Under the pieces are notes generated by a model, which worked only from the letters and a program-made list of their open reading frames with translations, had not been told where the DNA came from and did no database searches. A stretch of 64,000 nucleotides of DNA from Bythopirellula sp. Its GTDB lineage: Bacteria; Planctomycetota; Planctomycetia; Pirellulales; Lacipirellulaceae. Position 1 is the first letter of the stretch, and each line of letters starts with the position of its first letter. The stretch is taken from NCBI GenBank assembly GCA_965216565.1, contig OZ244170.1, positions 2,368,001 to 2,432,000 on the forward strand, given 5' to 3'. Made by a program: the position numbers and the translations under genes. This document shows positions 32,405 through 41,915 of the stretch, piece by piece.

Positions 32405-34154
32405 TCCAATCCAGGCACCAGCCAACGCTTCAACGTTGAGTTGCTTTACCTTTGGAGATCTAAACATCGGGCCCCCCGCACTGCGGTCGACTCCCGAGCA
32501 CTCTCTTACTTTGGAAACTCCCGAAGCGATCAGGGTGCCGTTTGAATCTCCTTCGATTCGCACGGTCGGTTGTCTACTTGTCGATGTGGACTCGGCTATC
32601 GACTCGTCAAAAACTAAAAGCAGCAACAACACTGCTGTGCCGACGGTGCAAGCCGCGGGTTCACCGAGTGCGACTACGTTTCGAGATTCTCCAGCGGCCA
32701 CCTCACGCACCCGGATCCGTCCGCCGCGCGACGTGGTAAAACTGGAGGACCGTCTGCACTTCCTCCTGCAGCCTCCGCTGGAGAATGTTTTCGCCGGCGC
32801 GCAATTGGAGTTTCCCTTTCGGCCATTTCCGTATCAATTCGAAGGCATCGCGTTTCTCTATCCTCGTCATGAAGCCGTACTGGCCGACGAGATGGGACTG
32901 GGCAAAACTATGCAGGCCGTCGTGGGCATGCGATTGCTCGCACATCAACGCATTGTCAAACGAGCACTACTGGTTTGCCCCAAGCCCTTAGTCACCAATT
33001 GGCAACGCGAGTTTGCCATGTGGGCACCGGAACTGCTCGTGACCGTCCTCAAGGGCAACCAAGCCACCCGCGAATTCCTCTGGAAGTCCGGCGGGGCAGG
33101 GGTGCTACTGGCGAATTACGAACTCCTGGTTCGTGATCGAGAATTCCTGAAAGAAATTGACCAACCATTCGATCTTATGGTCATCGACGAATCGCAGCGC
33201 ATCAAGAATCGTCTCGGCACCACCAACGAAGTCATCTGCAGCGTGCCCCGTTCGCGCAGTTGGGCCCTTACCGGCACGCCCATCGAAAATAGCATCGAAG
33301 ACCTGGTCGGTATCTTTCAATTTGTTTCGCCTGGCTGCCTCCAGCCCGGCATGAAAGCCCCCGCCATCCGCCGTTCGGTCGACGACTACGTCATCCGCCG
33401 CACCAAGGACCACGTCCTCACCGACTTGCCACCCAAACTGTTCCGCGACGCCGAGATCGATCTCTCACCCGAGCAATGGCAATCGTACACCCGGGCCGAG
33501 AACGACGGCGTCATCCAACTCAGCGAGATGAAAGCCGAACTCACTATCCAGCACGTCTTCGAACTCGTGCTCCGCCTGAAACAAATCTGCAACTTCGATC
33601 CCACCACCGGAGCGAGCTCTAAAGCAGACCGCCTGGAAGCCGATCTCGAGGAGTGCGTGGCCAGCGGCCGCAAAGCAATCGTTTTCAGCCAATGGGTAAA
33701 AACGATCGAAACGCTTTCGAGCCGACTCGCGCGTTTCAACCCACTCCAATACCACGGCAAGATCCCCACTTCGCAGCGCGACGGCGTGATCGACACATTC
33801 CGCAACGAAGCAGACCGACACATTTTGCTGATGAGTTACGGCGCCGGCAGCGTAGGCCTCAATCTGCAGTTTGCCGGCTACGTGTTTCTGTACGATCGCT
33901 GGTGGAACCCAGCCGTGGAAGACCAGGCCATCAACCGCGCCCACCGCATCGGTGCCGCCGGCCCCGTGACAGTCACCAGAATGCTCGCCCTCGGCACGAT
34001 CGAAGAGCGAATCAACAAGGTGCTCGAAGAAAAACGCGAACTATTCGACTCCGTCTTCAACGCCTCCGACCCTCCCAACAAAAAGCTCGGCCTCTCGCGT
34101 GACGAAATCTTCGGCTTGTTCGATTTGCAATTTCCGGGTGCCGAGGCAGCATAA
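32382..34154 (+). CDS. SNF2-family helicase/ATPase
   Basis: LADEMGLGKT, DESQRIKN, LTGTPIEN, GLNLQ, WWNPAVEDQAINRAHRIG. Confidence 0.95.
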   Translation: MIPQKQPNPIQAPANASTLSCFTFGDLNIGPPALRSTPEHSLTLETPEAIRVPFESPSIRTVGCLLVDVDSAIDSSKTKSSNNTAVPTVQAAGSPSATTFRDSPAATSRTRIRPPRDVVKLEDRLHFLLQPPLENVFAGAQLEFPFRPFPYQFEGIAFLYPRHEAVLADEMGLGKTMQAVVGMRLLAHQRIVKRALLVCPKPLVTNWQREFAMWAPELLVTVLKGNQATREFLWKSGGAGVLLANYELLVRDREFLKEIDQPFDLMVIDESQRIKNRLGTTNEVICSVPRSRSWALTGTPIENSIEDLVGIFQFVSPGCLQPGMKAPAIRRSVDDYVIRRTKDHVLTDLPPKLFRDAEIDLSPEQWQSYTRAENDGVIQLSEMKAELTIQHVFELVLRLKQICNFDPTTGASSKADRLEADLEECVASGRKAIVFSQWVKTIETLSSRLARFNPLQYHGKIPTSQRDGVIDTFRNEADRHILLMSYGAGSVGLNLQFAGYVFLYDRWWNPAVEDQAINRAHRIGAAGPVTVTRMLALGTIEERINKVLEEKRELFDSVFNASDPPNKKLGLSRDEIFGLFDLQFPGAEAA

Positions 34155-34217
34155 ACGCGTAGCTGGATTCGCAAGAATTTAAGCTATCGGCTCCGAAGAA
34201 GCGTTTGGGCTACCCCA

Positions 34218-35231
34218 CTAAAGGCGTCGCCGAGCAAACACTGGCAGTAGAAGCGCCGTTTGGAAGAGCAACAGTGAAGTCGGTTCAGGCACAAAAACCA
34301 TTATCCTCACGTCGTCTACTCTTGCAAAATCGAAAGTTCCATTCTGCTTCACCCATTGGAAACTCACGTTTTGCCCGGCATAGGTATCTGCGATAGTAAA
34401 AGAGTGCGATTGGGGTCCCGCATTTCCGGTTGCAGGCACGATAAACAGTGGAGTGAAAGAACCAGACCCAACCTTCACCTGCAACTCGGTAGAACGCGTC
34501 ATCGAGTCGTAAGAAAAATTAATAACCGCCCCATCAGCAGGAATGGCCAACTCGATTGTTCTTAGGTGGTTTAAAGGAACTGAGGATGTATTTTGTGCGT
34601 GGTAAATGCCATCGGCTGCGTCTGGAGAGAATGAACGAGACCAACCGCTGGTGTCAGACCATTTGTTAGGATCAAAACCGCAGCATGTCTCAAAGCTGTC
34701 CTCAAAGAGAGTAGCCATAAATGGTGGTAGTTCCCTTTCGGCGATTTTCACGTCGTCAACTCTTGCACTATCAGTACTTCCGCTCTGCTTGACCCATTGG
34801 AAACTCACATTTTGCCCGGCATAGATGTCTGCGACAGTAAAAGAGTGCGATTGGGGTCCCGCAGTTCCGGTTGCAGGCGCGGTATACAGTGGACTGAAAG
34901 AACCAGACCCAACCTTCGCCTGCAACTCGGTGAAACGCGTAAACGAGTCGTAAGAAAAATTAACAACCGCGCCTTCAGCGGGAATGGCCAGGTCGATTGT
35001 TCTTAGGTTGTTAAAAGTAGCTGAGGATGAGTTTTGTGCATGGTAATTGCCATCGGCTGCGCTCGAGGAGAATGTACGAGACCAACCGCTGGTGTCAGAC
35101 CATTTAGTGGGATCAATACTGCAGCATGTCTCGAAACTGTCTTCAAACAAAATCGTCTCACCGAATGCAATGGGAGACATCGAAAATAATGCTACAACAA
35201 AGACACCTAGAAACGCTTTCATTTTCTTCAC
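34218..35231 (-). CDS. PEP-CTERM protein with two tandem copies of a beta-rich domain
   Basis: Signal peptide; LFEDSFETCC...ARVDDV occurs twice; VPEPTS plus TM segment plus RRR. Confidence 0.85.
   Translation of the reverse strand: MKKMKAFLGVFVVALFSMSPIAFGETILFEDSFETCCSIDPTKWSDTSGWSRTFSSSAADGNYHAQNSSSATFNNLRTIDLAIPAEGAVVNFSYDSFTRFTELQAKVGSGSFSPLYTAPATGTAGPQSHSFTVADIYAGQNVSFQWVKQSGSTDSARVDDVKIAERELPPFMATLFEDSFETCCGFDPNKWSDTSGWSRSFSPDAADGIYHAQNTSSVPLNHLRTIELAIPADGAVINFSYDSMTRSTELQVKVGSGSFTPLFIVPATGNAGPQSHSFTIADTYAGQNVSFQWVKQNGTFDFARVDDVRIMVFVPEPTSLLLFQTALLLPVFARRRL
34308..35151. repeat. Intragenic direct repeat with a 441 bp period
   Basis: About 34308-34710 aligns with about 34749-35151, with long identical runs such as GTAAAAGAGTGCGATTGGGGTCCCGCA. 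Confidence 0.9.
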
Positions 35232-35645
35232 GAGACTACCCTTATCACTGCATGGATGCGAACGCAACTGACGAATAGAGCCAAAATCGATTCGGCAGGA
35301 ATAGCACCACTCAATCACATGTCATTTGGCTAGCGCTCTATTGTCTATACGCAGTCCGATCCCTGTCAACGAAATTAACACCCATTTATGTTGTATTAAA
35401 TCTCAGAGGAGAGCAAACAATAGGTGGCAACAAACTACTTCTGCCCGTCCTGCAAAAGACTTCGACATCTGACCGCGGTGGAATGCTCGCAGTAATGGAC
35501 GAGGGCTTTCGGCTCTTAGCTCTCAGCACTCAGCCCTACCGAGCTGTCATCTCGACGTCCGCCGAGGGATCTTATCTCCAATAGCGCGAGCTTAGCCATG
35601 TGTTGCTCGCCCCGGCGAGTAAACTACGGCAACAAGGCTACCGCA

Positions 35646-35800
35646 GTCCCCTGACGAGTTGAGGGAGGGGCTAGGAAAGGTGCCAAAAAGCCACCAACCG
35701 TCTCCACCCACCACAATAGCCCCAAAGGGGCTCCAGATAATAGCCAGGGGCGCAAGCCCCTGGAAAGTAAGCCACAACAATAGAAAGCCCTGCAGGGACG
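35646..35800. repeat. Cluster of short REP-like palindromes
   Basis: AGCCCCAAAGGGGCT (35718-35732), CCAGGGGCGCAAGCCCCTGG (35744-35763), and GTCCCC...GGGAGGGGCTAGG near 35646. Confidence 0.6.
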
Positions 35801-35836
35801 AAAGTCAACAACTTCAAGGCTGTTTTCCCAATCGCC

Positions 35837-37672
35837 TCAAGCCGCAAACGGCGAACCAAATGCAAAAGGATCGTCGTCGACATCATCCTGCATAGAATAT
35901 GCCATCGACGCGAACGCGGCATCGGTAGCTGATACCGATGCAGCAACTGTAGCTGTACGGCTTCCACTCCCACCAGAAGATTGCGCTTGTTGAGATGCTC
36001 CAGGCCAATTTGTGAAATCGATACCATCATTGCCCAATAGTAGGGACAGATCGGGCGTGTGAACGTCACCATCACCCGTAAAGTCGCCTTCTAAGTAAGT
36101 TTGTGAACCCGGAGGTTGGCTAAAATTCCCGAGAAGGACTGACAAGTCAGGCGTATCCACAATGTTGTTCGGCCCCGAATCGCCGACGAAATCGCCAGGG
36201 AGAATTGTAAAGTAAAACTCAAAATCACCACCTGCCGTACCATTGCCAGAACCATTTGAAAGATCACTCAACCCTATAGAACCCTGCGAAAGTGAGGTGG
36301 GATTCGTCCACTCGCCATCCAAAAAGACACCGGCATCATCAGTCACCGCATCATCTAGTCTGAGTACCATTTGGTCGGTATCAAACTGATCATTGGCATC
36401 AAGCGGAGTCAGTTCCCAAGACGCCGTGTTGGTACCAGCATTGTAACCGACATACGAAAGAGAAGAAGTATAGTCGTTTGTTGTAAACGCACCTTCCAAT
36501 GTTAGCTCTGTTCCATCAAGTACTACGTCCTCATTGAAGGTAATACTTATGATGTCTGCTCCTCCAATCGGGACAGTTCGAAGTTGCTCGCCCGAGCCTG
36601 TTGGAATCGTGTAAGAGCCGTTGAAGCCATCTAGTGTGTTTGGTCCAGCTATGGTTACTGCGGTAACCTGGGGGGCTACGATGTCTACAACAGAATCTAT
36701 CCAGCTAGCTTGCGTCGACACTCGCGTGTCACCCCCAAATTCTCCAAAGCTGGAATTGGATCCTGGAACACTGTCCCCAGTTCCTCCTGATGCAATCGCA
36801 CTAAATGATGTTACACCAGCAATTCTACCATTAACTAAAGTCGGTCCTCCTGAATCTCCAGGAGCTGTCAGCACTTCTAAATTACCTAAACCTAGATCGA
36901 CGAGGCCAGCGATCAGATCAAATGTATCGTTGGCCGCCAATCCATTGTCAAAGTCATACAGGATTATGTCTTCTTTGTTATTCCAATAAAGTTCGTATAG
37001 ATTTTGACCGTCTCGCTTCGTGCCTGCAGGGAACGAAACTGTATCGACCTGACCTTGTCCTGATTGCCCATATCCAAACTTGTTACCTATCAACGTTAGC
37101 TCATTGGCCTCGCGGTAGATATCGTATCTTTCGGCAGCAGCGGGAGCCAAACTAGCTAGTTCCAATACAGCAATATCGTCTCCGTCACCAAGAACTCCAT
37201 TCCAGTTAGGATGGATTGTAATATCGTTTACCGCTACTGGCACAACAATATCCCCTCCAGGTAACTCAAAAGTAACATTAACCCCAGTTGCATTGAGATT
37301 GCCACCACTATCAGTGAGACAGTGCGCTGCCGTTAAAATATGAGATCCGGTTGGTAACAAAGCACCAGAACATATGAAGTTACCAGTGGCTGTCGCTATG
37401 TTTATCAAAGTGACACCGTCCGCTCCAGTTCCAGTTGCAGTCTCGTGATTCGCTGGTGCGTCTACAGTTGTATAGGTGGGTTGAAGAGAAATCTCACTGA
37501 GATCTACATAGTCAGCTAGGACACTACTTGCTGAAAGTACCTTTCGTTCCTCCAGCCCTTCCATCCGCAAACAACGCGAAGACTGCAACTGAGCCTTCTT
37601 TGCCTTTCTCCTCTTCCTGTTGAAGCCAAGTTTCGTAAGTGTGTTGTTCCAAGAGTTCGGTAGATTGCGCAT
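35837..37672 (-). CDS. Secreted trypsin-like (S1) serine protease with a Planctomycete extracellular motif and a dockerin-like C-terminus
   Basis: LRMEGLEERKVLS; triad TAAHC / DIAVLEL / GDSGGP; GDFTGDGDVHTPDL. Confidence 0.9.
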   Translation of the reverse strand: MRNLPNSWNNTLTKLGFNRKRRKAKKAQLQSSRCLRMEGLEERKVLSASSVLADYVDLSEISLQPTYTTVDAPANHETATGTGADGVTLINIATATGNFICSGALLPTGSHILTAAHCLTDSGGNLNATGVNVTFELPGGDIVVPVAVNDITIHPNWNGVLGDGDDIAVLELASLAPAAAERYDIYREANELTLIGNKFGYGQSGQGQVDTVSFPAGTKRDGQNLYELYWNNKEDIILYDFDNGLAANDTFDLIAGLVDLGLGNLEVLTAPGDSGGPTLVNGRIAGVTSFSAIASGGTGDSVPGSNSSFGEFGGDTRVSTQASWIDSVVDIVAPQVTAVTIAGPNTLDGFNGSYTIPTGSGEQLRTVPIGGADIISITFNEDVVLDGTELTLEGAFTTNDYTSSLSYVGYNAGTNTASWELTPLDANDQFDTDQMVLRLDDAVTDDAGVFLDGEWTNPTSLSQGSIGLSDLSNGSGNGTAGGDFEFYFTILPGDFVGDSGPNNIVDTPDLSVLLGNFSQPPGSQTYLEGDFTGDGDVHTPDLSLLLGNDGIDFTNWPGASQQAQSSGGSGSRTATVAASVSATDAAFASMAYSMQDDVDDDPFAFGSPFAA

Positions 37673-37914
37673 CCTGACGCCTCCGTAAGAAAGGTTGTCG
37701 GCGATTCGTGCCGACTGAAAAAACAATGTTCCGTCGGAAGCCATCCTGTTTAGATGCCTATGGCTTACCTTCTCGCGTTATATGGCTGCGCAGTTTGCCG
37801 TTCAAGCAGTTTTTTTGGCCTATTAGAGAAACTTGGGTAAAGTAAATCACTAAACTGCTCTCCCAAGTTTGCTAATCACCCCAATTCAGAATTGCCATAA
37901 TTGACTTGACAGAC

Positions 37915-38805
37915 TCACCAGAACCGTCGCATGAGGGTGGCCCAGGCTTCGTTCAGTTCCTGGAATTGCTCGTCGGTGGGTGCGGCGTCGTTTGTGGGTG
38001 CGGCGTCGTTTGTGGGTGCGGCTGCGTCGGTGGGTTGGAAGCCGGTCCACTCGAGCCGGAAGGGCCAGCCACGGAGCGCGGCGGTTTCGTTCACGCGGCC
38101 CTGGATTCGCAAACCCCAGAGACTGCCGAAGCTGTCGCGAAAGGTTTTCCAACGTTGGGTGAATTCGGCGAGAGATGGCTCGCAAGCCCCTCCCCAAGAA
38201 CGGGGAGAGGGACTGCCTATTGTCACCACTAAGCTCGCGACTAAAAAGGCCACGATCGCCAGGGCCATCATCTCTCCCGGGTCGAAACCAGACTCGGGCC
38301 AGAGGAATTCGGTGAGCAACGCCAACTGCCCCCCGGCGACGAGCAGCGCCGCAAACCAGTTACGTGTGCTCAGGTAATTCAAAAGCCCAACAACGACCAG
38401 GCCGAAGAGAAACAGCTTCCAAGCGACGAACAGCGACAGTTCGCTCCGCGAGAGCCATGCTTGGCCGGCAGGCCAAACTAGCACCAACCACAGGCTGGCG
38501 ACGACCCATTGCCAGCCGCGGTGTTGGGGGCGTTTGGCACCGAGCACCGCCATCACGGGGCAGAACGTGCCCGCCGCCACGGCAAAGCGAATCGTCGCAG
38601 AAGTCGCGCCGCCACTGGCAAAGTGCCGTTCCGCGACGATCGCCAAACTTCCGCAAACCGCAATCGCCCACCAGCACGGGGCCGCAAGCGTCGTCCCCCT
38701 TAATCGACGAAGGACGGTACCAAGCACCACCACCAACGTTGCCCCTGCAACAAGGCAGACGGCACGCGGTCCTAAGCTCAAAACGCCTGGCTCCGGAAGT
38801 ATCAC
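37915..38805 (-). CDS. Hypothetical integral membrane protein
   Basis: About 7 TM segments; LGAKRP and FRDSFG.LWGLR. Confidence 0.75.
   Translation of the reverse strand: MILPEPGVLSLGPRAVCLVAGATLVVVLGTVLRRLRGTTLAAPCWWAIAVCGSLAIVAERHFASGGATSATIRFAVAAGTFCPVMAVLGAKRPQHRGWQWVVASLWLVLVWPAGQAWLSRSELSLFVAWKLFLFGLVVVGLLNYLSTRNWFAALLVAGGQLALLTEFLWPESGFDPGEMMALAIVAFLVASLVVTIGSPSPRSWGGACEPSLAEFTQRWKTFRDSFGSLWGLRIQGRVNETAALRGWPFRLEWTGFQPTDAAAPTNDAAPTNDAAPTDEQFQELNEAWATLMRRFW
37972..38034. repeat. In-frame 18 bp tandem repeat encoding DAAPTN
   Basis: GTCGTTTGTGGGTGCGGC twice, plus flanking partial copies. Confidence 0.85.
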
Positions 38806-39015
38806 AATCCCTACGACCTGAATGAATGGAGGCTTGCCGCCCCTGAGAAAGCCTGTCCTGTAAAAGATGACGATTGTAGCGTCTCAGTAAGGATTTTGGA
38901 CGAGCGAAATGTCAGGTGTTGCGTTTGCTCAACACGCCAGAGTAACCCATGCTTCGCTAGTAGCACGAACTTCCCCCGAATCCCACCTCGTGCCAACCCA
39001 AACAAGGACCTCCCC

Positions 39016-39684
39016 ATGCGTCAACAATTCCTGCTCAGCTCTGTCGCCTTGATGCTCGCCCTCTTGCCTTTGGCAGGAGAGAGCCATGCCCGATTGTTCT
39101 GGCAGACTTATGGATCCGTTGTCAGCGACGGAACTTGCGGCTGCAATTGGAATACGAATCAAGACTTTTTTGTCCCACGTCACAGCGATAGCTGTCGGTA
39201 CGGATTGTTCAGCCCCTGCAAGTCGAGTTGCACCAGCTCACCAGCCTGCAAACATTGCCATCCGCTGTATCCAGGATATTGCAGCAACTATGGCCGCTTG
39301 CATTACGGTTGGCGGAACTTGGTTTATGGCTGCTATTGCGGGTGCCAGGCTGTTCGCCCCTATCGATGTGGCTGCTCGCCAACTCCGTACTGCGGACCCT
39401 GGCTGTATGGTAGCCGAAGAGGCTGCGGACCAACCTGCGGAGGTCATTGCCAAGCGGGACGATGCGGCAACATCGGTTGTCAATCGATGATGGGCTGCCA
39501 ATGGCCCCTGGAGATGGTCGCCCCCAACGTGGAACCTGCGGGAATGCAGATTATCGGCGGCTTGCCGATTCAAGGTGACGAACTGCTAGCGAGTATGAGC
39601 GTCGACCTGGAACCCTCAGCCGGACGATCCATCCCCAGCGATCAACCACAGCAGACTCTGCCCTCGCTGGGTGCTCCCAGGTAG
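39016..39684 (+). CDS. Cys/Gly-rich secreted protein
   Basis: AAGGA RBS; signal peptide ending SHA; dense Cys cluster. Confidence 0.7.
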   Translation: MRQQFLLSSVALMLALLPLAGESHARLFWQTYGSVVSDGTCGCNWNTNQDFFVPRHSDSCRYGLFSPCKSSCTSSPACKHCHPLYPGYCSNYGRLHYGWRNLVYGCYCGCQAVRPYRCGCSPTPYCGPWLYGSRRGCGPTCGGHCQAGRCGNIGCQSMMGCQWPLEMVAPNVEPAGMQIIGGLPIQGDELLASMSVDLEPSAGRSIPSDQPQQTLPSLGAPR

Positions 39685-39795
39685 TGCAGGTTTGACCAAC
39701 CCGTAGAGTTTAACAACAAGAAAACCAACTACAGCTTTCAGAGCGGTGTGCCTACTGGGGAGTGTGGCTTGCTGCGACGAAGCTGACCGAGAGTG

Positions 39796-39832
39796 GGCAG
39801 GTTTCCGCAAGGAGATCTGCCTGCTTTCTTTT
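39796..39832 (+). terminator. Intrinsic terminator
   Basis: 11 bp stem GGCAGGTTTCC / GGAGATCTGCC with a GCAA loop, followed by TGCTTTCTTTT. Confidence 0.65.
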
Positions 39833-39890
39833 ACTAACCCAAAATGTCGACCAGTTTGATAAGACCCTGGGTATTGTCTATAGCGTCACG

Positions 39891-40007
39891 TGCCGACCGG
39901 TCGATAGAAGTAGTACAACGCTAACGGGAGGGCGAAACACACGTAGTGTTTTGCTTCAGGATAGAGGTCATGGCAAGACGACGGATCGACTTGCCATGAC
40001 CTTTTTT
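39891..40007 (+). ncRNA. Candidate small RNA
   Basis: TTGATA-N17-TATAGC upstream (39856-39884), an internal 9 bp hairpin, and its own terminator. Confidence 0.35.
39965..40007 (+). terminator. Intrinsic terminator
   Basis: AGGTCATGGCAAG ... CTTGCCATGACC followed by T6. Confidence 0.75.
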
Positions 40008-40020
40008 AATTCCTCGACTG

Positions 40021-41454
40021 CTATTTGTTTAGCTCAGCCTTGAGCTTATCCAGCAACTGCTGGGCTTCGCGTCGGAAAAGGAATAGGCCCTTGCTCTGCT
40101 TGAGCACCTGTTCCAATGTAGCCGCAGCCTGTTCCTTCTGCTTTTCTTGCTCAGACATAATTCGGGCCACTAGATAGGCCGAATTCGCAGGCAAGTTGCC
40201 CGATTGGGCACCTTTTTGCAATGCCGCTTGTGCCTTGGCAGCTTGCTTCAAATTGTAGAGTACCCAACCATAGGTGACGTTGGCCTGCACGCTCTGCGGA
40301 AATCTCTGAGCGTTCATTTCAGCGTACTGCAGAGCCCGCTTTTGATCCTTGCTGGCGTCGCTCTCGATGAGTAGTAATGCCAAAATATTGGTCGCGGCAG
40401 GATGGGCTGGATTGATGTCGAGTACTTTAGCTAAGGCATCCTCAGCTTTCTTACGCTCGCCACGCATCAAATTCACGATTCCATCTAGCAGCAGGGCTTG
40501 AATGGAATCGGGAGATTGCTTGCTGAGGGTCGATGCTACCTCTTGGGCATCGTCCAATTCGTCCTGTTGAATTAACCACTCGGCATAAGCCTGGGCAACT
40601 TTTATATCCGTCTGATCCTCCTTGTAGGCTCTCTCGAACGCCATCTTGGCATTTTTGTTCTCTCCCTTTTGCGAGAATAGCCGCGCCATGAAGACGAATG
40701 GATGCCCTAAGGAGGGTTCAATTTCACGTGCCTTCTTAAAACTATTGAGGGCTCCCTTCGAGTCATCCAGGTTAAACATAACAACGCCAAGTCTTTGATA
40801 GGCAGCCGCGCTGTCTGGATCCTTCTCCAACCACTCTCCGAGGAGCTCTTTCGCTTGCTCCCATTGCTGCCGTCGTTCGGCCACAGCCGATCGACCTGCG
40901 ATTACTCGAATCTCAAAGTTTTCCTTGCGAAGTTTATTTTCGTTGAACTTTTGAACGTAAGGATCAGCCAATTCAAACAGTGCCTGCGCTTCGGTCGTAC
41001 GGCCTCCTACAAACGCTTGATCCGCCAGCAGAAGATAAGACTCTGGATCTCCCGGATGCTCGACGACTGCTCGTTCCAGTAGGAGACGGACTGCCTTTCC
41101 GTTTCGAGCAGCGAGCTGCATCTTTGCCATCGTGATGTCTGTGGGCGGCAGCTTAGGGTACTTATCTTTGGCTTGATTGAGATAGTCTAGCGCACCTTGA
41201 ACATCGGTGTTTTTGAACCGTTGAATGGCTTTCTCAATCTCGGGATAGTCCTTTTTCTTCAGAGAAACGGCCGTGCCGATCAGGTTTTCCACCGTCAGTG
41301 GATCATTCTGCGTCTTCGCTTCGGCTTCGGGATCCAGAGAGTCCTGGGCGTAAACGTTCGAAGTTGATCCAGAAATCTGTGAAAGAACAAGCAGCCAACA
41401 GGCCGCAAGGCAGAATGTCATACGAATAAAAGGTCGATTGGGAGTCTTCATCAA
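40021..41454 (-). CDS. Exported tetratricopeptide repeat protein
   Basis: Signal peptide and multiple TPR-like helical repeats; GAGG upstream. Confidence 0.85.
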   Translation of the reverse strand: MMKTPNRPFIRMTFCLAACWLLVLSQISGSTSNVYAQDSLDPEAEAKTQNDPLTVENLIGTAVSLKKKDYPEIEKAIQRFKNTDVQGALDYLNQAKDKYPKLPPTDITMAKMQLAARNGKAVRLLLERAVVEHPGDPESYLLLADQAFVGGRTTEAQALFELADPYVQKFNENKLRKENFEIRVIAGRSAVAERRQQWEQAKELLGEWLEKDPDSAAAYQRLGVVMFNLDDSKGALNSFKKAREIEPSLGHPFVFMARLFSQKGENKNAKMAFERAYKEDQTDIKVAQAYAEWLIQQDELDDAQEVASTLSKQSPDSIQALLLDGIVNLMRGERKKAEDALAKVLDINPAHPAATNILALLLIESDASKDQKRALQYAEMNAQRFPQSVQANVTYGWVLYNLKQAAKAQAALQKGAQSGNLPANSAYLVARIMSEQEKQKEQAAATLEQVLKQSKGLFLFRREAQQLLDKLKAELNK

Positions 41455-41915
41455 TTTCCTCAGTTAAATAGTTCTCATGCGTCATACCTTGGACGCGTGG
41501 GTAGCTCGATTAGTTCTAAATGCACCAAAACAGCGGCTGTGCGGCTGCCTTCGCCCGTTTGGAGATAATACTGCATTCTAGACGAAAAGGCGACGTAGAG
41601 TACACAGGCCAAGTCTCAGAGTTGTATCTCCGAGTGGATCTCTCTGGCAAAATATAACAATCTGTAGGGATCGCGTGAAATATGGACAAATCTAGGCATC
41701 TCGACTCGCTTCTCGAAGCTGCCTATAGTATCTCTATGAGACGGAATGCTGCGTTTTCCTGGGACGCTAAACTCTCTTGTGGACAGCAAGCCTGTACCAT
41801 GAACTCTCTAGAAAAGTAGTGCCTAGGAAACACCTGACTCAGCTGACTGCTGGGAGGCCAGAACAAACCTCCTTTCCTCTCTTTCGATTCACTCCTATCG
41901 CTTAAGGTAGCAAGA

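Noticed and set aside
35592..36075. Small ORFs across the 35.6-35.8 kb region
   Set aside because: They are translations of palindromic repeats or overlap the protease 3' end
37972..38034. Short repeats here and at 23849-23980 as a CRISPR array
   Set aside because: No repeat-spacer periodicity and no cas genes
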